A stretch of 63,496 nucleotides of DNA, filler included, from Pelomyxa schiedti (taxonomy: Eukaryota > Protista > Evosea): assembly GCA_020536535.1 (NCBI GenBank). It is 7 parts of 7 records of this genome, joined end to end, with 100 filler letters (N's around TTAATTAATTAA, not from the genome) between each part and the next. Parts side by side here need not be neighbours in the genome. Positions count along the whole stretch, not along the records: positions 1 to 28,083 come from JAHLWZ010001025.1; positions 28,184 to 35,056 come from JAHLWZ010000724.1; positions 35,157 to 57,257 come from JAHLWZ010000755.1; 4 more parts are not named here. One strand, 5' to 3'. Position numbers and translations under genes: made by a program. Below the pieces are notes generated by a model. It was not told where the DNA came from and searched no databases. It saw only the letters and a program-made list of their open reading frames with translations. Shown in pieces: positions 26,287 through 38,591 of this stretch (its first letter is position 1; the number at the start of each line of letters is the position of its first letter).

Positions 26287-28083
26287 ATGCGTGCATCCTC
26301 CGGTTTCGTTGTGCCGGTTCTTGCTTGCCTTGCGTGGATAATAATACCTCTGATTCTTCTGCAACACCCAACTGGCACCAGAGCCCAAGGCAGTGCCGGT
26401 CTCAGTGATGATGACACCAGTCAGAGCGCTGGGAGCAGCAGCGGCACCGTCAGCAATTGCTCGTTCGCGGCCGAGGTCGCTGCGTTGTGTTGGTTTCATG
26501 AGAGGTGGCAATTATGGGCCACGGACCCGTGCTCGTTCGAGAGGCCGTGCGAGGACACCTTGTCGGGCGTCGTGTGTTACGTCGACGAACTTGACGTGAT
26601 TGGTGGTCACGTTCAGTGGTTGTGGGTTTCTGTCTCTCTCTTTTTTTTTTTGTTTGTTGTGGGTTTTTTAATTTTGATGGGGAGATAGCCTTCTGTCGGG
26701 AGTGTTGATGCTAGATGAATTTCCTACATGCGTTTTAGACTTCTGCTACGTGAATATTCTGTGAGTTTCCTTTTTATTTTCCCCATGTCCCCGGTACATG
26801 GAATAAAACAGAAGGAACTAGGGAGTTGTCTCAAGATGAATTATTCTACTCAATTCCAACTGGAATCGGATCATTAACTTACTTGGTGAATTTGTATGAT
26901 CCTTCTGAACTGGAAAAGGCCATGTGCCTATTTATTCTTGTAGGGACCTCAGCAACAATCAGTTGGCTGGTGAAATCCCAACAGAAATTGGAAATCTCAG
27001 CCAGCTCAGATACTTGTAATTGTTTTCACTTGTGTTTCCAGCTCAATTTTGCCAGATTTCTTAATAACAATATCCTGTCTGGAGAACTGCCAACTAGTTT
27101 CAGGCAACTATCTGGAGTGATGGACATGTATTTTGTGGCTGGAATGCATTCATTCCTTTTAACCCTTGGTCAAGTAACTTGTCTCAAAATTCATTGAATG
27201 GAGTCCTCCCTGACATATTTCTTGGCATGAGTTTCTTGTTGACATTGTCTGTTCCTCCACTTCCTCTCCTTCTTTTTTTTTTGTCTTACACTGGCACCAG
27301 TGATGTTTCTGTCAATGACTTTAGTGGAGATATCCCGAAATCACTATTCCTGTCCACAGTGCTTCAATACATGTGAGTGCACCAACCATTTGATTCTTGC
27401 ATGCAATCTTACTGTTGCGGATCTCCGTTGTAGACTCCTTGCTGACAATGGTTTCTCAGGTGAAATACCCTCAGAAGTTGGTGATTCAAATGTGCTTTAT
27501 TCCATGTTTGTTCCACTTTCCCTCTGAATTTTCTCACAAGGTGTCAGTGACCTAAGTTCGAATGACCTAACTGGAAGTATCCCTCGCTCCATTGGTCAGA
27601 TGATAGATCTTAATTATTTGTGTGTCTTTATCCTGCTCTAGTTGTTTGCCCCTTCTTAATTTCAGTTTGCCTTTCTCAGGGACTTGTCAAGCAATACATT
27701 GAATGGGCAAATTCCAAACGAATTGTTTGAACTTGGATATCTTTACAATGTGTAGTAATCTCCTGGGGGAGGTGCAATAGTCCACAATGTATTTTAACAG
27801 AAAAAAAAAAAGGGATCTGTCGCATAACAAGCTGTCGGGCTCAATACCAACCATAATTGGTGAATTCAATCGGCGGTTCAATATAATGTGCTCACTTTCT
27901 CCTTTGTTCACGCTCAACAACAACCAACAACTTTTTTCCATCCATAATAACCACGTGATGACAGGGATATTTCGAGCAACCAGTTGCAAGGAACATTGCC
28001 AGAATCCGTGGGACTTCTCTCTCTGCTGATCACTCTGTTGAAATTAATCACCCAAAACATCACCAACTGACCACCTGTGACAG
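26287..28083 (+). CDS. Secreted or receptor-like protein with plant-type LRRs (3' truncated by scaffold end)
   Basis: Signal peptide; cap EVAAL..F..W..DPC..GVVC; repeats such as LDLSNNQLAGEIPTEIGNLSQLRY, DLSSNDLTGSIPRSIG, DLSHNKLSGSIPTIIG. Confidence 0.92.
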
Positions 28084-28183
28084 NNNNNNNNNNNNNNNNN
28101 NNNNNNNNNNNNNNNNNNNNNNNNNNNTTAATTAATTAANNNNNNNNNNNNNNNNNNNNNNNNNNNNNNNNNNNNNNNNNNNN
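28084..28183. other. Artificial scaffold linker (N-TTAATTAATTAA-N); also at 35057-35156, 57258-57357, 58604-58703, 60182-60281, 61768-61867
   Basis: Identical 100-nt spacer carrying stops in all six frames. Confidence 0.98.
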
Positions 28184-28236
28184 AAACAAAAACCAACCAA
28201 CGGTCGGGACGGTGTGTCTGTTGGATCTTGACGACA

Positions 28237-29670
28237 ATGGGTGGTGGTTATTATGAACGTGAAGTGTATTCAGCTCCGGAGCCATCGTATTCTCCGACAA
28301 CTCCATCGTACTCTCCGTCTTCGACTACGACGACTACGTCGACGGCGAGTGCCGCTGCCGCTGCTACGGCTACGAACTACTCCTCGCAATCTGTAGAGTT
28401 TTTCCATCAGACAGCGAGAAGGACGTCGGTGCACCCAGATCTGTCAAGTCGACAAGAAATGAACTGCAATCACGAAAACGCTGTTGTTGTTGGTTAGTCT
28501 TTTTGTTTCAGAAAAAGTGTCTTATACACTCACAGCCTTGGATATGACTGGTTCAATGGGCACCTGGTCAAAGTAAGCTCATTATGTCTAATTAACATTG
28601 GTTATCTATAACATGTTCATTAACTTCCCACACAGAATTATATATGGTGAGAGTGCTCTTTCTTTTTTTCTCTTAAACCACTCACAAACACACATTTTTC
28701 AGACAAGCTGCCAATGTTCTGTATGTGTCTCCCTGTTAGTAAGTTAATTCTTATATCCTTTAGTTGGACAACTTCAGATGCAAGGGTATTTACACGATCC
28801 GGCTATCAGTTTTGCAGCAATAGGCGATGCACTTGTTGATTCGGCTGGTGCACTTCAAGGTCTCAGCCCATTCAGTGTGGGCCCTTTCGTATTTTAACGA
28901 CAATAGTTACCCCATTTGCCCAAGGAACTGACATTGACACACATATGGGGAAACTCTGGCTCATGGAAGACAACTACCCCCCTCACGGCATAATTCGTAA
29001 TTATTATATTTCTACAACGAACTCTCATCAATTTCAGATATTAGAAGTGGTGGTGGTAACCGGATAGAGAGCTATGATCTCTGTGCAGCTTATTATGCAC
29101 TGAAAACCACTGTCCGGGGCAAGGGTTTCTTCTTCATAACTGGCGATGAAAGCATTCCTGCTTTACTTAAGAGAGATACCATCCGCCAATGTACTTTTTC
29201 TTGTCCGTTTGTCTCAGCTCTCACATCACTTAGACCTTGGTATAGAGCACGAAGATATGCCTGTTAAGGAAATATTTAGGCTTCTCCGCCAGAAATATAA
29301 CGTCTACTTCATCCGCAAGATGTGCACTGACAATTACTACGCACCCTTAGACAGGTAAACAGCTCTTTTAATATGCTGCTTCAGTGACAATTTGAAGGAT
29401 GAACCAAGAAGTGGAGGAATCCTGGGCCCCAATAGTCGGGGAGCGTATCATCATATTGAATGACCCCAAAGCTGTAGTTGATGTCATGTTGGGTGTCATT
29501 GCTGTAGTGAATGGAACTCGCACAATGGAAAAGTAAGCCAGCCAAGGTTACTGTTATTGTTCCTTACCTTGCGTTCCACGTATAGGTACGCCGCCGACTT
29601 GGCCGCAAGAGGACAATCTACAACTCGCTTAAGTGATGTGGAAAACGCACTCCGTTCCCTCAAGTTGTAA
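28237..29670 (+). CDS. von Willebrand A (MIDAS) domain protein of a mostly prokaryotic type, 8 introns
   Basis: Spliced ALDMTGSMG, IIYDKLPMFFGQL, DPAISFAAIGDA, GGGNRIESYDL, KGFFFITGDE. Confidence 0.8.
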
Positions 29671-29985
29671 ACCAAAAACAACACCCTGTTCAAAGCACCC
29701 CAAATGTTCTTATGGGGTGTGGAGAGTACTGGGCCCAGAACTCTCCACATCCCATAAGGCTGAACAAAAAAAAATCTTCACTTATTTCTGAAGCCAACCA
29801 CAACAAATTCTTTGCCAACAGAGCGGCCACTCTGTTGGCAGCACAGCTTCTTTCAGATAAAGACACTATGGTTTGATCCAGGCACAACCACGGAGATAAG
29901 GGCTCAATCCCCGTGGTTGTGTGTGCCAGTATCTGAAAGGGGGTGTGCTTTGTTTTTTTCTAGTGGAACAGATCCGAGTCGCTTG

Positions 29986-32900
29986 ATGAAGCTTGACGTC
30001 CAGATTGTTCACAGAAAACCTCTTCGAACGGCAACGAACAAGGCGTCGTCGGCACCGACGATAATCGGGGTCGTGGGGCGACGGCTACCGACGCACGACG
30101 ACAGCAACGAATACGACGACGGGAACCGAGAAGCACTCCCCGTTGACATGTGCATATCTACCACCCCGCCCCTTTGTTTTTCCCCGTTTGTTCATTTGTT
30201 GTCTTTTTTCCGGTTGTCCTTCGAAAACAGCGGGTTGATTTCAAATTTGGAGCCTGGGTGCAGTGGCCACTCCAAGCAAAGTCACGCAACAAGGGGCTCG
30301 CATGGTGATACAGCCACCACTACCACAAAAACTTCTCAATCGCAGGCACGTCTAATAGTGCAACTTTTTTTTCCCCACTCACCTTTTTGTATATGACAGT
30401 CGGAATCCCCTAAAATCATGGTTTCAAACAAGCAAGCACCTCTCCTTGCACTCTCCCTTTCTGATACAGTAGTGGACACCAGCAGTTCTTTTTCTGAGGA
30501 TCTTACCAATGTTTGTTGTTTCTTGTTATGTGGAATATTTTTTGAAAATTATTCATTTATTATGTATTTATTATTTTTAATAATATTTTTTTTCTCACAA
30601 CATACCACTATTTTCTTCCAGCCCATTTCTGAAGCACGAGAGAAATATGACCGAGTCTACACTGGTCTTTGTGTTGGAGATTCCGCTCAAAAACTTTATG
30701 TTTGTGCCACATCCTTGGAGTAGTTTGACGCCTGACTAGATATTGAAATTCTTGAGCTCCGAAGCGGAAGATGCCAAAGAATTGCGGACAGTTGTTATGT
30801 CAAAAGGATTGCAGCCAGTGATTACTTTGTGTTGTTCCTTTGATGAAGTACGCATTAACAAATGTGTTTGTTTTTTCTACATAATTTTCACAATACCCTC
30901 TTGCAGGCTGGGATGCAAATGCTCGCACTGTCAGCCATCATTCAAATGATTGCTGATCCACAAATTTGTGAAAGGGAAGCATCCGACTCCAGTCTCCTTT
31001 CTGCACTTAATTCTATTCTCGGTTGACAACCTTTCTTCTACACCTTAAACTCACTTTGGAGTTGAAGAATTTTCCTCAGAGAGTATGGTTGTGGAAAAAG
31101 TCCTAGTTCTCATCTACTCTCTGTCCAAGATATGCAATTTAAAATCTGGAGAGACTGGTGGGTCCTCTGATTCGGAATGGAGTAACCTTGCCTCTGTACT
31201 CACAAAACTCTTGCCTGCATTGTATATCCCGAGTAAAGGAAAAGCTGTTATCTGTGGTTGCCTGAATAGTATCCTACAAAAATTTTTGCTGAAGAGTCAG
31301 TCCTTAACCTTATAAATACATTCTCCATCCAACAAAAAATAACCGTCACAGACAGTTCTGTCAAGAGAAAGGTGTCCACGCAATACTGAATGTTATACAG
31401 GATGATGTTCCTCCACTTACTGTGAATGCCGGTCTGTCCGTACTTCTGCAATTGACCTTAGTGGAAGATGATCACGTAAGGCAGCTACTGTGCAAGATCA
31501 TTGTTGCTTGCGGTATTTTCCATTTTAGCTGGGTGTCTTAGTGACTTTATGACAGGAGTGTTACCTGTTCTCTCTGACTTGATGTCTTTATTCAAAAATA
31601 ACTCCAATATCATTGGAAATGCTTTGTGCATTCTTTCCAAACTCGTTGTCTCTGGGTAAGTTTATTTTTTCAATATCCAAAGTAACCAACTCAACAGAGC
31701 TAAAGTCGAGCACAGTATCCTTGCGGGAAGAGTCACTGATCTTGTTGTTTCGGGTACTCTGCCTCCCGCTCAAGAGTTTGACGCTCTTATCGTTCTTGCT
31801 CATATTACTTCAAATGAACAGGTTCTTATTCACCCGTTTTCGCTTTCGGCTTATTATGTTTAGTCACTGGAAACCCTTTCTGGTATTGGGGAAGCCTTGC
31901 AAAAAATGTGCCCATCTTTAGAAAATCCGCGTGATCCAGGTAATACCCCAAAGTGAAGGCTCAAGCTCACGCAGACAGAGTTCCTGGAGAAATGGCTATC
32001 CACAATTCTTCATGTTTCAGCCAGTGACATTCTGCGATTTGAAGTGGTTTTCTTTGTGGGACAGAAGAAACTCAATCAAATTTTCCAAGATCTGCAACCC
32101 TTCTTTGATCCCGGGCTAGTAGAATTATTCACCAAGTTTGATTCCTCACTGTGTGTCAATGCACCTAATTTTTCATAGATGCAAGAAAAAACTCAAGGCA
32201 CCTATGTCAAAAACCAATTTAGCTTCTTTGATGGGATCGACCCGCATGTCACTCCTGATGGATGCAACTGACGAAATTGATATTCAATTTGAAGAGGATG
32301 AACAATCCCTACCACAAAACCCACCCAATTTCACAAGCCCTTCATCCATACCCATTGAATCCTCAGTCTCTGTGGAATCAAAAGATACCAAATCTCCGGC
32401 CGCAGAGAGGTCACTAGGACTGGCTATTCCCTCAAAGCCAAAATCAGCACCACCTAAACCAAATTTGCCCCCTGAACGTCCCAAGGCCAAACCCTCCAAA
32501 AAGGCAAATCCAAAAGTTATGACACTGAAGACATTTTCTAGGTCCGCTGTATGTTTCTGTGCCTCCTTTTGGATAAGTTCGTTGACACAATCCAGGCACG
32601 TGATGTAGTACTGAAGAATGCCGAAGTTAACAGGCGAAAGTGTATTACAACAGAAATTCTCGCAACTGAGAAGTCATACCTCAACTCCTTGAACATATGC
32701 TTGAACTATTACTATCAACCTATGTTGTCAGGAGGTTTTTTCAATTTTTATCTTGTAGTACCTTATTGTTTTCGTAAGACCATGGTGTCAGCAAACAACA
32801 AGCAAATTTTTTGTTTGGACCAATGGGACGTATCCACACAGAAGCTGCACAATTCTTGACTGCCCTTGCAAAGACAATAGAATATGAACCCTCATCTTCC

Positions 32901-34876
32901 TCTGCTTCGACTGTGACTCCCCCGCCTTTGGGTACAGTATTTTTAACCTACTGGGCCACAGGAAGTAACCTGTGTCAATATTATGAAGTGAGTCAAGGTT
33001 ACGATTTTGGGTTCTCATCCACACATAGGACTACATAACCTCGTATGATGATCTGCTAGAACTCATCACTCAACTCCAGAAAGAAGTATTACCCTACAAC
33101 ACAAAATGGTTAACGCTAAACTCACCTAGGTGCGTTTTAGAACATGGGTAAAGGAAGTGGGCCTAAGTGAAGAAACAAACAGAATGAGTTTGAATAGCTT
33201 CATGATAATGCCAGTACAGAGGTTCCAAGACTAATTTTGGGTTATCGAGACTCATGATTACTACCAAGGATTCCAAGATACATACTCCTTTTACAGAGCC
33301 TTCTTGAAGTCACACCACCATCTCATCCTGGTACATATCCAACACTTTTGATCTTCGTTGGAACCAAACTTTAGATCATGATACCCTTCAGAGTGCAGCT
33401 GATCTTATAAAGGAAATAGCGCACTCTATAAATCATCACAAACGGCAGATAGAAAATACTAAAAAGCTGGCATCCTTGTGCAGTAAACTGACTGATGTAC
33501 CGCATGATTTCACTTTTACGGCACCCGGACGGTCATATGTCTATGATGGTGCACTCACACACGTTAAAATGAAAAAAGCCAGGGTAGTGAAGCCGGCTTC
33601 AGCAACAGCATCCCCAAATGCAGCCCTAAATGTTGCGGGCATTGCGAGTGGACCTGGCACTGTTGGTGGTGCCCTTGGTTCATTTGCAATTCCGCAGCAA
33701 GAGGAAATTGTGGCTGGTACTGAGCACTGCTATTTCTTCTTATTGTCGGACTATCTTCTGTGGACAGTCCAGGTACACACTCCCACTCTAGCAACACTTT
33801 TCTGATTGGGTTCATAGACAAAATCGCATTTCAAATTGTGCAAGATGCTGCCATTGAATTCAGTGAAAGTATTCGAACTTGCCGAACAAGAAATAGCAGA
33901 AAGTGCCGGGAAACTTAATTCATCCATGTTCTTCCTAATGTGGAGCAACCAGGACGATGCACAGGTTTGTTTTATCCACGCTCCTTCTCCCACAATTCCA
34001 CAATTCCTTCTCACTCCAACACATACACACACACAACCAGGAGCGGAAATTCGTGATGGCGGCCAGCTCCCCAATCGAGAAGAAGACCTGGGTCAACTCA
34101 ATCAAAGACGCATGCAACACCCACAAACGAGCCCTCCAGCTACAAAANNNNNNNNNNNNNNNNNNNNNNNNNNNNNNNNNNNNNNNNNNNNNNNNNNNNN
34201 NNNNNNNNNNNNNNNNNNNNNNNNNNNNNNNNNNNNNNNNNNNNNNNACACACACAACCAGGAGCGGAAATTCGTGATGGCGGCCAGCTCCCCAATCGAG
34301 AAGAAGACCTGGGTCAACTCAATCAAAGACGCATGCAACACCCACAAACGAGCCCTCCAGCTACAAAAGCAATCCAGCATGATCTCCCTCACCTCTCCAT
34401 CTCCAACTCAACAACCACAGCCACAGCCACAGCCACAGCAGCAGCCCCCTGCCAACGCCCTCACCACCAGCTCCAGCTCCAACAATCTCCTCATAACCAA
34501 AGGGGCCGCGACCACCCAGCAGCAATCCCAGGCTGCCTCCTCCCCTGCCAGCCCCACTACCGCACCACCACCAACAAGTGCACCCACCACCGCCGCTGTG
34601 CTCACGCGGCAGGCCACCGTCGCTGTGCTCCCGCCCCCGCCCCCCGTCCCCGCTCCCTCCCCTTCCCCTTCCCCTTCGTCCCCTTCCCTGTCGCCCTCAG
34701 CCTCACCTCTGACAACATCGGCATCGTCATCATCATCCATCAGACAACAACCACCACCACCATCATCGTCGGCACACAAACCAACAGCAACGGGGGCACC
34801 AGGCACGGCCACACCCCCTACGCCGCGCAGCCCTGCGCTGTTACCGGCATCGACAAAACAGGTGAAAAGAGACTGA
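29986..34876 (+). CDS. Large RhoGEF: ARM-like helical region, DH, PH, Pro/Ser-rich tail
   Basis: RRKCITTEILATEKSYLNSL, LNSFMIMPVQRIPRYILLLQSLL, YFFLLSDYLLW, KFVMAASSPIEKKTWVNSI. Start approximate. Confidence 0.85.
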
Positions 34877-35156
34877 GCAAGACGAAACAGAACCCCAGGA
34901 CATAAAGTCCCATAATGTAGCTTGTACCGTCACTATGTAACACACGTGTTTTTAAGGACGGCGCGACTCTGGTAGGGCTGATCTCCAACCGGCAATATTA
35001 CGAACGAAGCCTTAACACCCTCGCTTTTTTGTTCTTTCTTCGTGGCTAGATCTCGCNNNNNNNNNNNNNNNNNNNNNNNNNNNNNNNNNNNNNNNNNNNN
35101 TTAATTAATTAANNNNNNNNNNNNNNNNNNNNNNNNNNNNNNNNNNNNNNNNNNNN

Positions 35157-35937
35157 GTCGCTTCCTGGATGCCGCGGCATCATCTGCAGCGTCGGCATTA
35201 GTGTCTGATATGGCGGAAGAAGCCTTTCTTTCCTTCACCTGTCTTAATGATATAATGTTCCTCTTCACAGTCGGGGCACGGCTCGCAACGGCAGTTGCCG
35301 CGGCACTGCCAGAAGTGCTGCTCTCAGCAACGACCGAGCCCCGCGAACTCCGCTCTCGTTCTCGTTCATCTCCCCTATCGGTGCTGGGAGACGAAACACT
35401 AGGCTCAACCGCCAAACACGCCTCCTGCTGTTGCTGTTGCTGCGGCTGCTGAGGACGAGGCAGTCTTTCGCTGTTCTCTTCCTTGTGCGGCTGTCGCTGC
35501 TCCACCCCTCCCGCGTTCCTGTCGCCGGCTTCTTTCGTTGCATCGGGCAGCGCGTCGTCGCCGCCCTGCAGCTCGCCGTCCTCCTTCCCCCCGCCACATT
35601 CGCCGCGAGTCTCCTGCCTCTCGGTCTCCGCGCCGGTCTCGCAACCGCCACCGCCGCCGTCGGCGTCGTCGCTTTTCACCTTGTCGCCTTCGCCCTCTCC
35701 TCCCCTTTCTGCGCTCTCCGGGGCGTCTGTTTCCGTCGCGTTAGAAACAGCGGTCTCGGTGGGAGGCGGGGGCGTTTGCGGGGCGCGATCGCCGTCGCTT
35801 TCGCTTTCAATCACGGCCTCACACACGTCTTCCGTCGGCGGGGCACCCGTTTCCTCCTCTTCTTCTTGCCTGTCGTTGACCTCCCGCTGCTCTGTCGTCT
35901 CGTCGTCGTCTCCTCCTCCTTCCGGCCGCGTGTCCAT
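35157..35937 (-). CDS. 5' portion of a gene with an acidic low-complexity N-terminus (truncated)
   Basis: GC-rich open frame from MDTRPEGG to the scaffold edge; head-to-head with POLA2. Confidence 0.6.
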
Positions 35938-36132
35938 CGCGTCACGTTTCACCAGGCAAATACAAGAAAAAAATTGATTGGGAGGATGAAGCAAAAGCTG
36001 TGTGAATTTGCAGGCCGGGGAGTGGCGTCAACCAGTGACAGGGGTTTGGCATCTGTGTCCGGTTGGTGGGGTTTCATTGAGTACTGCGGAATCAGGGCAG
36101 ATCATCAAAAAACAAAGACGATACATACAGAC

Positions 36133-38569
36133 ATGATGGACGGGAGCGGTGGTGACGGCGCTAACGTGCGAGAGAAACGGGAGAGTATGAGGGTGGCACT
36201 TGAGGGCGAGGAGATGCAGGTGTCCCAGCCTCACTACGATTACGTGCTGTCAAAGTGTGAGTGTTTTTGCTTACCGGGCTTCTGCCCCTCCCCGTCTCTC
36301 CCTTTTCTCCCTTTTTTTTGTTAGTGATAAATGGAACACAGGCATTGAGCTGTCGGATTACTTTGAACTGTCGCAGGAAACTTTGGTTGTCAAGTTACAA
36401 GCTTTCAGAATCAACAGGAAAATGCCCCCGGTATTTCCTCGTCTTACCTTGAAGCTTCCTGCTCAATGTCTTAGCATTGTCAATCTAGGAGAGCCCAATA
36501 ACCATGGATGAAATAAACGCCTTCAGTGCCGACCTCCGAGCAAAACAGCCCCAGGTTGTGCGAAGACTCCCACCAAGGCAACCGCAACTCTCTTCAGCTG
36601 CTGCTCCCGTGTCCCGTGTGCCCTCTGCCGTTCAGATTGATGTATGAGTTCAAATTTTTGTTATTACCAAACCCACCCGTAATCAGGATGACTTGATTCA
36701 AGCAATTATGGACACAGCAGTTTTTATGTATCAGCAGGGATTATTGTATTTATGAAAACTAATTCCAATGAAGTGATGAGTACAAAAACCGACCAGAGAA
36801 AGGGCAACTTGTGGGAGAATTTAATTTTCCCGCAAACACTTCAATTCCGTTACTTGTCTCTGCAGAGACAAAGACAAGGGCTCAAGTGGCATTTGACTCT
36901 ACTTGCGTAATGAAGCCTTACAGATATGGTTATGATTTGCTGGACAAAAAGTTCGATGGTAATTTGCCCCTCGTTTTGCAACAACACTTCATAAATGTGT
37001 TTTTCATTGTTTGAAGCGGAACTAATTGTCCAGCATTATTCAGGCGCCTCAAGGTGTTGGGACGGGCATTTACCAAAGACTTGAATATGAAATTCTCTGT
37101 ATCATTCGATGAAATCTCTCAAGTAAAAAATGAAGTGCCCATTATTTCTCTGTTTACCAACCATCCTCAGGACGAGTCCAGTCCAGTTGCGGCACTTGTA
37201 TCCTACAGTGTGGCTGAAAGCTCCTTCACACCTCACAATGTAGTGTTGCAAAGTCACGCTTCCAGATTGCCACTGGTTCTCGGGTGAGTGATCCAAATTC
37301 TGAAATATCCCTTTAATCCACTCAGAGGGAGCGAACTAAGTTACAATCTCTTTCCCGGGCAAGTTATTCTTGTCAATGGGTCCAACCGTGGTGTTATAAA
37401 CCCAACGGATATCAAGATTGTGAGTTACTGTACCATTTCAACACCATTCCTCTTACACGCGTGCAAACAGGGAACACCAGCTCCGCTTTTCCCTTTTGCA
37501 GCCACTCTGGCTCGAAGCTATTCCCTGATAGTGGCCGCGGGACCCTTTGCACCCACTCCGGATGCAGTCTCTGACTCACCCATTTCATTTGAACCCCTGA
37601 CCGATCTTCTGAAATATGTCGATGGGTCACTTCCAGATCTTGTGATACTGGTACATATCAAGTCGCTCGTTCGTGGGAACTAACAGCGATGTAATATCTC
37701 CATTCAGGTAGGACCCTTCATCGATGCACAGAATCCTACCCTCAGATACCAGACAACTGATTCCGAAACCATTTTCATGAATTCTGTTGCCAAACCAATC
37801 CAGAAGGTAATAAATGATTTCTGTGGAAGTTGACGCCTCACATCCAAAAGATGTCAAGCAAACACACCAACACGCACTTTGTCATTGTGCCCTCACTGAA
37901 TGACTTGGCACATCCTCACTGTGTGCTCCCACAACCACCTTTCCCTTCCGCACTTTTCGGGGCAAACCAGGTTTGGCTCCCAATCACACTCTATGACGTG
38001 ACTAACGATTGATCACAGTTGCTATCTCTTGCCTCCAATCCATGCACAATGGAAGTGGACACCGCTTTTTCCATTGGAGTGACATCAGTTGACATTTTAT
38101 CTGACTTGAACACAAATACCATCATCAAGTCTTCCACACCCACAGACCGCACCTCTGCGTTGGTGAAGCACATCCTGCTTCAGAGAAGGTTTCTTTTTCT
38201 CCACCGATTCTATATAATACACCGGTAGCTCATTTTGCTTCAGTTTCTACCCGCTGTTCCCACCGGAAGAAGGTGTCAACATGGATGGCGACTGCATGGA
38301 CTCACTGACAATGTCAAAAACTCCGAGTGTTCTCGTTCTGCCGTCCGCACTCAGCCCCTTTGCGGAGGTATGCGCACAACCACCAACCGCAACCGCGTAC
38401 TTATCTAACTTCTGATCAGATGGTTGAAGGGTCTCTGTGCGTCAACCCAGGTCGCATCACCAAAGGCGCATATGGCGGTACCTTTGCACACATCACCGTC
38501 ACACCACCACACCAGCAGGAAAATACCCCACAACAACCCCAATTCAACACCAAAATACTAAAAATATGA
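36133..38569 (+). CDS. POLA2: DNA polymerase alpha subunit B
   Basis: YNLFPGQVI, VAAGPF, PDLVIL-VGPFID, VPSLND..PQPPF, SNPC, IGVTSVDIL, HILLQRSFYPLFPP, CVNPGRITKG..GGTFA. Confidence 0.92.
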
Positions 38570-38591
38570 GGTTTTATGTTATAAAAAAACT

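Noticed and set aside
28128-28139. Recurrent palindrome TTAATTAATTAA
   Set aside because: Always embedded in N runs; an artificial six-frame stop linker.
34915-35056. Possible ncRNA after the RhoGEF, and in the long LSm3 intron (~52589-52801)
   Set aside because: No tRNA, snRNA or snoRNA box or structure recognisable by eye; an Infernal/Rfam scan would be needed.
35265-36324. Long overlapping ORFs on both strands (also 16317-17457)
   Set aside because: Shadow frames of GC-rich low-complexity first exons.
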